Of a stretch of DNA of 64,000 nt, positions 10,701 to 20,092 are shown piece after piece; the stretch's first letter is position 1, and each line of letters opens with the position of its first letter. Below the pieces are notes generated by a model. It made no database searches, was not told where the DNA came from, and was given only the letters and a program-made list of their open reading frames with translations. A program made the translations under genes and the position numbers. The stretch spans positions 152,670 to 216,669 of the forward strand of contig CAVWFH010000008.1 of NCBI GenBank assembly GCA_963754065.1, read 5' to 3'. Source of the stretch: an uncultured beta proteobacterium. Lineage in GTDB: Bacteria > Pseudomonadota > Gammaproteobacteria > Burkholderiales > Burkholderiaceae_F.

Positions 10701-10783
10701 GCGAGTTGCTGTTCGCCGGTCACCCGGGTGTGATGGGCCTCGTCGGCTTCGGCGATGGCGACTGGCTGCTTGGAGGCCAATGA
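7727..10783 (+). CDS. Large hypothetical protein (1018 aa) with a C-terminal divergent CHAT/caspase-like domain
   Basis: Uninterrupted 1018-aa ORF with a GTG start behind GAGGAGGGGGG. The last ~200 aa align block-for-block with the canonical CHAT domain of the 22671-25367 protein: LLFAAS / ILVASA; MLVLVAHT / TIVHFIGHG (His); QILLLLGCSAA / TLVFLNACQTG (Cys); AGVSIVLAPVAPIRGKDAVPIAKRIV / HGLPALVANQYSVLDSSATQFAQHFY. I did not recognise the N-terminal 800 aa. Confidence 0.6.
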   Translation: MLKNIVGDWGSALSDGEYACALAALGVLEATGSHQHRPGSDRAELVDALRQEFRHGDNTAVWRRSQNVNKTTTVASWRETEHTDAAALAEAWREYLRGVTHPRQMPRLALMADWRHRSDLFDFDALCTWLKHRDVGLQAFVLADGRECEAGARWHWPLRVGVPAGKECASILDALRKAQQREAWIAELSQCFAVGDARDACDLLILTSAAATAILSQPRSRIRARFVACIETSPPVLAPLAERYAGLRARTGAAGVAAVYGADGSFQLSDWFTAVLREVSHDLPIHAAVWGTGQWRFNVDPLIFGDPGALDACRILSIAERQDRIVAALEPAALQELTLTRSIGSGDDAVPTFGGATGGDRAMPSAPSPGPSPIAHRGLADALRNRRFVSESVDGIDTARDLKAQEGEIDQARPPRWIQANAWRPEQPEIAARSLAPRQWNLLGVHIGPSDVPLAGAVFNEGAIDFSGGEVIVSVQLELSGANVAPLDAASLEAMFGGQLFPGDLHDGGERVEQLLRGPLAKLPVEPEPKKGSTTVGLAATSIVLPPAGDSTLALFAVFPERGKKIDGRIAIIHKNRILQTARLSVGVGTAAARGAGLDVIAEAPIHPRDDDLDERRDYDVAIQLSDVGGKLHLKVHRNGRDTPVQLDALQGPIGRIQKGLENAARSWDYAKPVLQQPVLGSSLRTLAAAGSELAKHLRDTCGDDIDLWERIHLVPYTKEFLPLEYVYDGPPPSMDASPCPNLLGGLDRGACDRALGTDEAPTPCPNSNDGEFVCPMHFWGFRRLIERNGALRPAADDGAATASTSSSTPSKRTYGKVGSLLFAASERAFRYEAEPAAQAAERAALVQALGVLGATVTDVADWKQWRTAAQSKPDMLVLVAHTDVVDETPVLEIGAGKILGRHEISAKVSGAAGEPQILLLLGCSAADVTENFQPYPECFRDAGVSIVLAPVAPIRGKDAVPIAKRIVQRLADRLAQAEPTSFGELMPLLRRELLFAGHPGVMGLVGFGDGDWLLGGQ

Positions 10784-12009
10784 TGTTGAAACTGCAGATG
10801 CTTCCCGCGGGATGTGGTGATTGCCTCTGGCTTGAATATGGCAAGGGTGCCGCGAAACGCTACGTGATCATCGATGGCGGCCTCACGGAGACCGCGACAG
10901 CGTTGCGCCAGCGCATTGAAACGGCGCGCCGGGAGCGAGGCGTCGACACGCTCGAGGTGGAACTGCTCGTCGTCACGCACATCGACAACGATCACATCCT
11001 CGGCATCATCGATCTGCTGAAGGCGGAAACCCCGGGCTTGCGCATCAAGGACATCTGGTTCAACGGGCGGCCGCAGCTCATGGGTCTGCCCACGCCGCCT
11101 CGCGGCGGCGGCAGGAAGAGCAAGGCGAGGGCGGACGGTCCGACGGACCTCATGGGCGGCGCCGACGACACGGACGAGGCTGACGATGACGACCTCGCCG
11201 CGGGTGAAACTGCAGCACCGGTCTCGGCGGCCGACCTGCTTGGGCCGCAACAGGGCGATCAGCTGTCGAAGGTGCTGGCCGCGCGCAACCTGCCCTGGAA
11301 CAAGCACGCCTTGTGGAAGGGCGGTGCCGTGATGATTCCCGACAGCGGGACCTTGCCCAGCCTGACGCTTCCCGGTGGACTCAAGCTGACCGTGCTTGGT
11401 CCGAGCATCGAGCGGCTGTACAAGCTCTGCACAGTCTGGGTCGACGTGCTCGGCGGCAACGAAGGCAACGCGGACGCACAGTCAGCCGGACCCGACGATC
11501 TGCTGGGACGCCGCGAAACCTGGCCGCCGGTCTGGAAGGACGGCGAAGGTCGCGATCCTTCGGCTGCCAACGGCTCGAGCATCATGTTGCTCGCCGAGTA
11601 CGACGGCCATGCCTTGCTGCTCTCCGGCGACGGCTATGCGCCCGACATTGTGGCGGGCATCGATCGCGTCCGCGCCGAGCGCCATCTGGCGGCCCCGTTT
11701 CCGCTGGACGCCTTCAAGTTGTCGCACCATGGCAGCGAGAACAATCTCACGCGTGCCGTTCTCGAAGGAATCGACTGCCGTCGTTTCATCGTGTCCACCA
11801 ACGGCACGGTCCATCACCATCCGGATCACCAGGCGCTGCTGCGCATCCTGCGCTATATGCCGACGCGTCCCGAGCTCCTGTTCAACTGCCGCGCCGAGAC
11901 CACGCGACGCTGGGAAGAATCGAAGCGAGATGTGACGCGGAAGTTCCAGGACTACGACACTCGTTTTCCGACCAACCCCGCAGAAGGCCTGACACTCAGT
12001 TTCGGCTGA
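10780..12009 (+). CDS. MBL-fold metallo-hydrolase (ComEC-C-terminal-like), 409 aa, with an acidic/basic low-complexity insert
   Basis: Sequence MMLKLQMLPAGCGDCLWLEY...VIIDGG, metal motif VVTHIDNDHILG, later LLSGDG and KLSHHGS. The ATG at 10780 overlaps the upstream stop (ATGA), implying translational coupling. The track's longer 10540 start lies inside the upstream gene. Confidence 0.85.
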   Translation: MMLKLQMLPAGCGDCLWLEYGKGAAKRYVIIDGGLTETATALRQRIETARRERGVDTLEVELLVVTHIDNDHILGIIDLLKAETPGLRIKDIWFNGRPQLMGLPTPPRGGGRKSKARADGPTDLMGGADDTDEADDDDLAAGETAAPVSAADLLGPQQGDQLSKVLAARNLPWNKHALWKGGAVMIPDSGTLPSLTLPGGLKLTVLGPSIERLYKLCTVWVDVLGGNEGNADAQSAGPDDLLGRRETWPPVWKDGEGRDPSAANGSSIMLLAEYDGHALLLSGDGYAPDIVAGIDRVRAERHLAAPFPLDAFKLSHHGSENNLTRAVLEGIDCRRFIVSTNGTVHHHPDHQALLRILRYMPTRPELLFNCRAETTRRWEESKRDVTRKFQDYDTRFPTNPAEGLTLSFG

Positions 12010-12242
12010 GGTCCCCAAGCGGGCGCTGTGAACTCACGGCCGTCGGTGCTGCCAGCCGATGGCCGCGCCGCACGCGTCGGGCAGTGTTTCCCTTGTGTTG
12101 CAGCCGTGAGTTCCGTTGAGGCCAAGTGCCGCCCTCGTTGCCGGCCTTGCAGTGTGGAGGTCTTGACTTGCGACGGCCGGAAGACTGGTCGTGGCGCATA
12201 CGCGAGCGCAGGTAAGGGACACGTGACCCCGGCCTTTGATCG

Positions 12243-13019
12243 TCAGGCCACGCTCAGTTCTTCGGCAGGACGCTTGCGCAACCCGCGATCCGGCGCCTCG
12301 CCGGAGACGATTGCGCGCAAGCCGTCGGGATTCACGATCCGGACATGCTTCTGATTGACCTCCAGAAGCCCGTCTTGCGCGAAGCGCGACAGGGTGCGGC
12401 TGACAGTTTCGAGTTGCAGGCCGAGGAGACTGCCAATTTCCGCGCGCGTCATCCGCAACACGAACTCGGTGCGCGAATAATGGCGCGCCTCGAAGCGCAG
12501 CGAAAGGTTGAGCAGGAACACGGCCAACCGCTCGTCTGCGTTCATTGTTCCGAGCAACAGCATCGCGCCATGTTCGCGCACGATTTCACGGCTCATTACC
12601 TTGTGAAAGTGGTTGCGCAGCTTCGGCACCGCGCTGGCGACTGCTTCAATTCCGGCGTAGGGAATGACACAGACGTCGCTGTCCTCCAGGGCCACCGCTT
12701 CGCACGTGTGCGTCCCGTCGCTGATTCCATCCATGCCAACGAGCTCGCCGGCCATGTGAAATCCCATGACCTGCTCGTGACCATCGGGCGACACCGCCGT
12801 GCTCTTCAGGAATCCCGTTCGAACCGCGTACAAGGATTCGAACGTATCGCCGGCACGGAACAGCCTCTCTCCGCGTCTGAGACGCTTGCTCGCAGCGACG
12901 AGTCTTTCCAGTCTTTCGATGTCTGGAAGCGACAGTCCGAGTGGAAGACACGATTCGCGCAGGCTACAGGTAGAGCACGCGACCTTCGGGTGCGTAATGG
13001 ACCGATTCGGAGCATTCAT
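12243..13019 (-). CDS. fnr: Crp/Fnr-family transcriptional regulator, FNR/ANR type (oxygen-sensing [4Fe-4S] class)
   Basis: N-terminal Cys cluster C-x2-C-x5-C (ACSTCSLRESC) plus a central Cys (DSDVCVIPY). Has a cNMP-like beta-roll and a C-terminal HTH with the FNR-type E--SR recognition motif (ETVSRTLSRF). ATG at 13019 chosen, giving 258 aa; the longer ORF start at 13190 adds a non-homologous extension. Confidence 0.8.
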   Translation of the reverse strand: MNAPNRSITHPKVACSTCSLRESCLPLGLSLPDIERLERLVAASKRLRRGERLFRAGDTFESLYAVRTGFLKSTAVSPDGHEQVMGFHMAGELVGMDGISDGTHTCEAVALEDSDVCVIPYAGIEAVASAVPKLRNHFHKVMSREIVREHGAMLLLGTMNADERLAVFLLNLSLRFEARHYSRTEFVLRMTRAEIGSLLGLQLETVSRTLSRFAQDGLLEVNQKHVRIVNPDGLRAIVSGEAPDRGLRKRPAEELSVA

Positions 13020-13325
13020 GAGCCGTACTCCCATGCAACCAGCGGCGTGCCCATCGCGCATGCCGTCTTGGCCGCCTGTCGACTTACTCACGAGCAGGGA
13101 GGTTTCGCTGTAAACGTGGACAGCGCATGAATTCGGACAGGGAGCGCGCGGCTGGAGTTCATGCAAGAGGCCGCGCCGAAAGGTCAGCATACAGTAACGG
13201 GGTCCGTTACAAGGAAGTTAGCCTACCGGCCCATGCCAGTTGGCGTCAGGAACCGAAACCCAATTGCATAGCGTCCCTCCTCGAATGAGGGAGAATCGAG
13301 CGAAATTCGATCCGCGAGAGCACGT

Positions 13326-14636
13326 TTGCCAACGGAAGAGCGCCCATCCGGCACGCACTGTGCCATCGATTTCGGTACGTCTAACTCGGCGGTCGCCAAG
13401 GTCAGGCCGAGTGCCGGCAATCGAGACGCCGCTCGCGGCGTCCAGCTCGCTGCGCTCGAGCACGGCGCGACAAGCATGCCGACGGCGGTGTTCTACAACG
13501 CGGAAGACGGCTCGCTCTCCTACGGGAGAGCGGCGATCGCCGCCTACGTAGATGGTCACGAGGGCCGTCTCATGCGGTCTCTCAAGAGCATTCTCGGATC
13601 CGACCTCATGGACGAGGCGACCGAACTGCCCAACGGTCTGCAGGTACGGTACCTCGATGTCGTTGTCACCTACCTGCGGCATCTGAAGCAGCAGGCTGAA
13701 GCGCATTGGAAATCGCCAATCGAACGCGTGGTGATTGGTCGACCCGTCTTCTTCGTCGATGGCGACCCGAAGCGTGACGCGCGGGCGCAGGACACGCTGC
13801 GTCGAGCAGCGAAAGCCGCCGGGATCGCAGAAGTGCAATTCCAGTTCGAGCCGATCGCAGCCGCCCTGGACTACGAATCCCGCCTGAATCCGGGCGACGG
13901 TGAGCGTCTCGTGCTGGTGGCGGACATCGGCGGCGGGACCTCCGATTTCTCACTGGTCCGCGCCAGCGCGTCGGCCCATGGGCGAACCGATCGCCGCGGC
14001 GATGTTCTGGGAAACCATGGCGTGCACATAGCCGGCACCGACTTCGATCGCTCGATCAATCTCGCGACGATCATGCCGATCCTTGGATACGGCGGAGTGG
14101 GTCCCGGAGACCGGCCCGTTCCCTCAAAGGTCTATTTCGATCTCGCCACTTGGCACCTGATCAACACCAACTACGCACCGAAACGCATGGCCGAGCTGAG
14201 GCTGATGCGCCCCATGTACAGCGATTTGCTGGCGCACGAACGTTTGATGCGCGTCCTTGAGCAGCAGCGCGGCCATGACCTATCGGCCCGTTCGGAGGCC
14301 GCCAAGATCGCCGTGTCGGAATCGGGAATTGCGAAGATTTTCCTCGATTTCATCGAACCAGGGCTGGAGAAGGAGCTCACCGAGATTCAGCAGAGCCTGG
14401 CCCTACGGCAGGACATTGAACGCGTTGTCGGCGCAGCTCACGAAACTCTCAGGTCGGCGCAGGTGGCGCCTGGTCAGGTCGATGCGCTCTACTTCACGGG
14501 CGGATCGACCGGGCTCGAGAATCTCGTGGCCAAGCTGGCGGCGACTAGCCCCTCTGCTCAGGTTGTCCGCGGCGACCGGTACGCGAGCGTAGTAAGCGGC
14601 TTGGCGATAACGGCGTCTCGCACGTTTGCAGGCTGA
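13326..14636 (+). CDS. Hsp70-family ATPase, YegD-like putative chaperone, 436 aa
   Basis: Actin/Hsp70 NBD phosphate-1 motif AIDFGTSNSAVA, phosphate-2 VLVADIGGGTSDFSLV and adenosine motif YFTGGSTG. Lacks a full DnaK substrate-binding domain. TTG start. Confidence 0.8.
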   Translation: MPTEERPSGTHCAIDFGTSNSAVAKVRPSAGNRDAARGVQLAALEHGATSMPTAVFYNAEDGSLSYGRAAIAAYVDGHEGRLMRSLKSILGSDLMDEATELPNGLQVRYLDVVVTYLRHLKQQAEAHWKSPIERVVIGRPVFFVDGDPKRDARAQDTLRRAAKAAGIAEVQFQFEPIAAALDYESRLNPGDGERLVLVADIGGGTSDFSLVRASASAHGRTDRRGDVLGNHGVHIAGTDFDRSINLATIMPILGYGGVGPGDRPVPSKVYFDLATWHLINTNYAPKRMAELRLMRPMYSDLLAHERLMRVLEQQRGHDLSARSEAAKIAVSESGIAKIFLDFIEPGLEKELTEIQQSLALRQDIERVVGAAHETLRSAQVAPGQVDALYFTGGSTGLENLVAKLAATSPSAQVVRGDRYASVVSGLAITASRTFAG

Positions 14637-14913
14637 CGGCAATGGAACGCGGACGGCGTTCGCGTGCGTGGAAACTGCCGTATGACAGATCGCCGTCAGA
14701 TCCCGAGGCCCGTTGTTCCGATTGGCTTGCTTCACAGTGGAAGCGACAACAGGTTTGAATGGCAGCAGATTCCCGAAGCCGCCGGGACCGTCATTCGACC
14801 TTCGTGAGGACGTAGAGTGAACAAACGTTGGCCAACTCCGGACCTCGCGGTTCCTCCCACAACCTTCCTGAAAGCGGACAGAATTCCGCCTTCCTCTTCG
14901 TTGGAGTAAGGAC

Positions 14914-16084
14914 TTGGCCTTTGATCCGCAGTCCGCCACGGCGGCATACATCGACGCAATCGGCACCGACAGCACTGGCCAAGTCAGCTGCCTATACCGT
15001 CGGAAATCACTGGCTACTGCTGTGGGGTTTGGTGGTCGGCATTGCGGTCGCCTGGCTGATCATCCGTTCTGGACTCCTCGAACGCATCGACGCACGACTG
15101 GGCAAGCGCGGCCCTAATGCGAGGGCATTCCTGGTGAGCGCCGTCTACTTCCTTCTCGCCGGCGTTCTTTCGCTGCCTTGGTCGATGTACGAGGATTGGT
15201 GGCGGGAGTCGAGCTACGGTCGCTCCTCACAACCGTTCGGTGATGCCTTGGGGCAGAGTCTTCTCGGTATCTCAATCTCGGCCTTGCTGGCTGGGCTCTT
15301 CTTTATGGGTGTGTACGCACTGATCCGGCGTGCGGGCAAGCGCTGGTGGGTCTGGTCGGGTGCACTGGCCGTTGCGGGGATATCGGCCGTACTGCTGGTG
15401 GCCCCTGTGGTCATCGAGCCGCTTTTCAACGACTACAAGCCGCTGCCGGAGGGTCCGGTCCGGACGTCCTTAACTGGCATGGCTGCGGAGGCTGGCATTC
15501 CGGTGGATCGAATCTTCGTATTCGACGGGTCGCGCCAGTCGAACAACTTTACGGCGAACGTCAGCGGCCTGGGTCCCTACGCCCGGATAGCCATCTCAGA
15601 CATCGCGCTGAAGGGCGCGTCGCTGGAGGAGGTCCGCGCCGTAACCGCCCACGAGATCGGGCACTACACGCTGCGCCATGTATGGCGTTCCGTGCTGCTG
15701 TTCTCCTTGATCGTCATGCTTGCCTTCTTTATCGCTGATCGCAGCTACGGCCGGGTTGCGGCGGCACTCGGCAGTCGTGCCCCGCTGTCCAGCCCGACCA
15801 GTCTGCCGGTCGTCATGGTGATGATGTCGTTGCTCTTTGTGCTGGCTCGACCGCTGATCAATGCATCTATCCGGTTTGGAGAGACACAGGCCGACCAGTA
15901 TTCGCTGGAAACCGCGAAGCTCCCCGACGCCCTGGCGAGCGCACTGGTGAAGACCGCGGAGTACCGGTACCCGCGGCCGCATCCGGTCCAGGAGATGCTC
16001 TTCTACACGCATCCTTCGGTGGAGCGGCGCGTTCGAATGGCCATGGACTGGAAGGCGGCCAATGCGGTCGAGCCGACCAAGTGA
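14914..16084 (+). pseudogene. M48-family (Ste24/HtpX-like) zinc metalloprotease, membrane-bound; frameshifted as sequenced
   Basis: HEXXH motif (AHEIGHYTLRH) and multiple TM helices lie in the 14828 frame. The family-typical N-terminus MAFDPQSATAAYIDAIG lies in the 14914 frame (TTG behind GGAG). The frames must switch near 14960-14985. Span length is 3n+1. Confidence 0.7.
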
Positions 16085-16290
16085 CTCCGTGCGGCCATGA
16101 CCGGACGCCTTCATAGGTTGCGCGGTTATGCCGAAGGCGGACGCGGGGCAATCGCCGTAACGTTGACTTCTGCTGGGCCGATGAGCGTCTCCTGCGCGAG
16201 GGCTTTGGTGCCGCAACCCGTCGCCTGAAAATCTACGAAGGGAGTTGCAAAAATGTGGTCAAGCGATAGGAGCACCTGGACAGCCGCGGC

Positions 16291-16854
16291 TTGCCAGCGT
16301 CCACGAACATGAAGGCGCGCGAACGAGAGGAATTGCTACAAGCGTTGAAGACGCGCTTCGAGGCAAACATGCATCGGCACAGAGGGATTGCATGGGCAAG
16401 CGTGCTGGCAAGGCTCCAAGGCAATCTTGTTGCAGTGAAGTCGCTAGGCGCGATGGAGGCGACCGGCGGTGAGCCGGACGTCATTAGTGCGCATGCGGAG
16501 GCCGACCCTTTCAGATTCTTCGATTGTTCCGCAGAAAGCCCACTAGGCCGCAGAAGTCTTTGCTACGACCGCGAAGCGCTGGACGCGCGCAAGGAGCACA
16601 AGCCGAGGAGTAGCGCGGTCGAGATGGCCGCAGCGATGGGAATCAAGCTGCTAACCGAAGTGCAATATCGAGAATTGCAGTCAGTCGGCGAGTTCGACAC
16701 GAAGACTTCCAGCTGGATTGAGACGCCGGCGGACATTCGCTCGCTTGGCGGAGCCATCTTCTGCGACCGACGGTATGGCAAGGTTTTCGTTTATCACAAC
16801 GGGGCCGAGTCGTACTACGCGGCCAGGGGTTTCCGCGGCTCACTACTGATCTGA
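16291..16854 (+). CDS. DUF4256-like protein, 187 aa
   Basis: Recognised pattern REELLQALKTRFEANMHRHRGIAWASV...MEATGGEPDVI, which I recall as characteristic of DUF4256. Function unknown. Confidence 0.6.
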   Translation: MPASTNMKAREREELLQALKTRFEANMHRHRGIAWASVLARLQGNLVAVKSLGAMEATGGEPDVISAHAEADPFRFFDCSAESPLGRRSLCYDREALDARKEHKPRSSAVEMAAAMGIKLLTEVQYRELQSVGEFDTKTSSWIETPADIRSLGGAIFCDRRYGKVFVYHNGAESYYAARGFRGSLLI

Positions 16855-16876
16855 GTTCACTGCACTCTGTTGCCAA

Positions 16877-17239
16877 TCAGGCCGACGCGTAGTGCACGTA
16901 CGACTCGCGGACCACGCCGTCCTTGTCGAAGAACAACACCTCGATGACATGCGTGCCCGTGATGCCCTGGTAGTGGATCGCAATGCTGTCGACGCCGCGC
17001 AGCACGTCGAGCACGGTGAACTTGATGTGGTCGAACACCTCGAAGCCTTTCTTCACGTACGCACGCAGCGCCGCCTTGCCCTGTACGGTGCCGCTGGGGT
17101 CATGGCTCAGCCGAGCAATCAGCGGGGAGTGGAAGATCACGTCGTTGGTGTAGAAGGCCAGCACGCGATCGAGATCCTTTGACTCGAATGCGGCGACCCA
17201 ACGCTTCACGTAGTCGGCAGTCTTCTCCATCGTCAGCAT
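16877..17239 (-). CDS. SnoaL/NTF2-like small protein, 120 aa
   Basis: Sequence MLTMEKTADYVKRWVAAFESKDLDRVLAFYTNDVIFHSP is typical of SnoaL-like/NTF2 folds. The ATG at 17239 is preceded by GGAGGAG; the longer track ORF is an upstream extension. Confidence 0.65.
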   Translation of the reverse strand: MLTMEKTADYVKRWVAAFESKDLDRVLAFYTNDVIFHSPLIARLSHDPSGTVQGKAALRAYVKKGFEVFDHIKFTVLDVLRGVDSIAIHYQGITGTHVIEVLFFDKDGVVRESYVHYASA

Positions 17240-17491
17240 CGATGTCTCCTCCGGTGTGGGTTGCGGCGGCCGGATCTTGGCCAAGCGTCGGCCAGTGTGC
17301 CACGCGCCACCCCACCGGTGGTAGTCGGCCAACAGCGGCCATTGCCTACGGACCCCCAGTTCGCTTGGCAGCGGACAGCAGGCGATGATCCGATATGGCC
17401 GGTTGTGGAGTTCCCAGGATTCAGTGGACACGGTCGCGACTCTCTGGGGCCGCGACCGAAGCGCGCGTGCTTCTTGCCCGCAGCTATAGAA

Positions 17492-18664
17492 CTACTTTGC
17501 GCTTCGCTCAGGTCCTGTTGTCCACGGATAGCCGCCCTTGGCGCGCTCGAATCCAAGCTCGAGCAGCTTGCGCATGTAGGCGGGGTCGAATTTCTCGCTT
17601 GGACGATCCCTGAACGATGCGGGAATGTAGGCCAGGTTGTAATTCAGACCATCCCTTTGCGTGAGCAGATAGATCTGGGCGAGGTCACCGATTCCTTGTG
17701 TGCGGATCAGCGAATCGACGGTACGCATAAGGATCGGCACGATTCGACGCGTCACGCCCTCCCAGGCGAGCTCGCCATGCGCGTTGCTGATGATGTACAA
17801 GGACGGACGGCCCTGGATGCCGAGCCGGCGCTCCACCGCCTTCCAGTCCAGCCCACTCGGGTAAACAAATACCTGTGCGGTTACACCGCCGTCGACGTGG
17901 ATCTCATCGAAGGAGCGACCGTTCGCCTCTACGTCGATCATGACTGGCGGAAAAATCCCCGGAATCGATGCCGACGCCAAGATCACGTTGTGAATCAGGA
18001 CCCGCGCACGAGGTGATCCGCTGGCTGCAATCCGCGTGACGTTCCAGGTAACCGGACGTGCAGCATCCAAGTTGGTCGTGCCGACCAGCAAAGACCGTCC
18101 ACGACGGTATTCCCCCGCAAGCTCTGCGATCACCTCGTCGTTGATGTATTGCTCGATCAGCCGTCGCAAAGGGGCGGAACTCGTTGCAGAATCATTTCGC
18201 AGAATGTCGAGCAAGCCGCGCGGCTCGACCAGATCGGATGTCGACAGGTTTGTGTAGAGCTTACGCAGCGTCTCGTCGTACTTGGGGCCGAGGAATGCAA
18301 AGGGGGCGATCAACGCACCGGTACTGATTCCGGTGACGATGGTGAACTCCGGACGTGTGCCGTGCGCAGTCCATCCAATCAGCACTCCCGCCCCATAAGC
18401 CCCGTCGGCGCCTCCACCTGAGAGGGCAAGATAGTTATGTGGGCGATTGCTGATGCCTCCGAAATTGCTTGCGATAGCGGAATCGGGAAGCTTCAGCCAG
18501 GTATCGAAGCCGGCTGGCCGGGCATCGCCCCAGTAGCGAGCGCCAGGGACTCCCGGTATCGAGGCGGCGTCCGCGTACTCTTCTGGAAGTGGAGAAACCC
18601 GAGAGGGAGCCGACGCGCATGCGGTCAGAAGGGCGGCAGCAAGCAAGGCAGTAAGACGGTGCAC
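17492..18664 (-). CDS. Patatin-like phospholipase, probable lipoprotein
   Basis: LSGGGADGAYGAGVL (oxyanion), GISTGALIA (GxSxG) and VDGGV (Asp). A GTG at 18664 behind AGGAGA gives the signal peptide VHRLTALLAAALLTAC with a lipobox Cys. Confidence 0.8.
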   Translation of the reverse strand: MHRLTALLAAALLTACASAPSRVSPLPEEYADAASIPGVPGARYWGDARPAGFDTWLKLPDSAIASNFGGISNRPHNYLALSGGGADGAYGAGVLIGWTAHGTRPEFTIVTGISTGALIAPFAFLGPKYDETLRKLYTNLSTSDLVEPRGLLDILRNDSATSSAPLRRLIEQYINDEVIAELAGEYRRGRSLLVGTTNLDAARPVTWNVTRIAASGSPRARVLIHNVILASASIPGIFPPVMIDVEANGRSFDEIHVDGGVTAQVFVYPSGLDWKAVERRLGIQGRPSLYIISNAHGELAWEGVTRRIVPILMRTVDSLIRTQGIGDLAQIYLLTQRDGLNYNLAYIPASFRDRPSEKFDPAYMRKLLELGFERAKGGYPWTTGPERSAK

Positions 18665-18977
18665 ATTGTCTCCTATGCAGTCGGCGGCGGTGAGCGAAAT
18701 CGCGGAATCTGAAATTATCTCCGAGTGCAAAATTCACCCGGGTCGCTCGCAGGCAAGCTTCGATGGACTGAATGCGGCCAGGAGCGGTAGTTGGTCCAAC
18801 TGCGCTAAAGCGGTCAGTGAACGGGTAAATGGCCACTGAGTGGGAACGTCAGAAAGCGGCCGTCATCGACCAAGCAGCAGCGCATCTACGCCTCGACATA
18901 CCGCATCACCGTTCCCGCTCGCTAACTCGATGAGGAAATCGGCAGGAACTCAGAGTTTCCATGGGAACATCTTCGTC

Positions 18978-19943
18978 ATGAAACGGTTTGCGCAAGGCAT
19001 TCTTCTCACCTGCGCGCTCATCTGGCTGCCCGCCACCGCCCAGGCCCAGCCGTTCCCCACCGGCCCGATAAGTCTTGTGGTTCCGCTTGCCCCGGGTGAC
19101 GCTGCAGACATTGCCGCGCGCGCCCTTGGCGAAGATATCTCAAGACAACTGAAGACGCCGGTGCTCACGATCAATCGTCCGGGCGCCGGGGGCGCGGTCG
19201 GCACCAACTCCGTCGTCCAGGCCAGACGGGACGGTTACACGATTCTGTTTGCGCAAAACAGCGCGCTCACCTTTCGTGCCGTTCTCGACCCAAAATCGGT
19301 CACCTACGATGCGCTCCGGGATCTGGTGCCACTCGGCACCGCCTCACGCACGCCGACCATCCTCGTCGTGCGCAGCGACGCACCGTACAGGAACTTCGCA
19401 GAGTTCATCGATTACTCGAAGAAGAATCCGGGCCGGGTGCGTATTGGTCACCCCGGCTCCGGCTCAGTCGGTGATTTCTGCGTGCAATTGATCAACGCGC
19501 TAACAGGTTCGGAGCTCGTGCCGGTTCCCTATACCGGCGCTGCCCCCGCCATCGTCGCATTGCGCGGAGAACACATCGAGGGGGTCGTGCTGTCGCTCGG
19601 TGCGCTGAGCGCTCACATCAAGTCAGGGGCGTTCCGGGGTCTCGCCGCTTCGAGCCGATTTCCTGAGTTTGTCGACATACCCACGCTGCGCGAGCTCGGC
19701 TATCAAGAGGAACTGTTCGGCATCTGGTTCAGCTTTCTCGCGCCGGCAGGGATCCCCGAAGACGCGAGGAAAGTCCTCGTCGGCGCGATCGAACAGGCGG
19801 TCAAAGCTCCGGCGATCACGGCGAGACTGGCGTCGCTCGGCATCTTGCAGAGTTACGCCACACCCGAGCAGACCGCGGCCGAGATCCGCGCGGAGTTCAA
19901 GCGGGCAGGCGAGATAGCCAAGAAGACCGGTTTGGTCAAATGA
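18978..19943 (+). CDS. Bug-family (TctC-like) tripartite tricarboxylate transporter periplasmic binding protein
   Basis: Signal peptide MKRFAQGILLTCALIWLPATAQA followed by FPTGPISLVVPLAPGDAADIAARAL and NRPGAGGAVG, both typical of the Bug family. ATG at 18978 chosen. Confidence 0.85.
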   Translation: MKRFAQGILLTCALIWLPATAQAQPFPTGPISLVVPLAPGDAADIAARALGEDISRQLKTPVLTINRPGAGGAVGTNSVVQARRDGYTILFAQNSALTFRAVLDPKSVTYDALRDLVPLGTASRTPTILVVRSDAPYRNFAEFIDYSKKNPGRVRIGHPGSGSVGDFCVQLINALTGSELVPVPYTGAAPAIVALRGEHIEGVVLSLGALSAHIKSGAFRGLAASSRFPEFVDIPTLRELGYQEELFGIWFSFLAPAGIPEDARKVLVGAIEQAVKAPAITARLASLGILQSYATPEQTAAEIRAEFKRAGEIAKKTGLVK

Positions 19944-20092
19944 AGCTGTTCATGCAGGCGCGGAAAGAGATTCAGTGCAGCAGGCCTGCCGCGGGGGCGC
20001 GCGCATCCGGCACCACGTCGCAGACTTACCGCCGCGGCTCATATTGAACCGTTTGGCGGTCGCAGAGTGCACACTAATTCTGGAGCATCAAA

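Noticed and set aside
10540-10779. 80-codon N-terminal extension of the MBL gene given by the ORF track.
   Set aside because: It lies entirely inside the upstream 1018-aa gene and translates to Arg-rich junk. The MBL fold begins at MMLKLQMLPAGCGD, with an ATGA overlap at 10780.
12030-12113. 11-bp inverted repeat (GAACTCACGGC ... GCCGTGAGTTC) after the MBL gene, considered as a terminator.
   Set aside because: The arms are separated by about 62 nt and are not followed by a T-run. It may be fortuitous or part of a larger structure, but it does not fit an intrinsic terminator.
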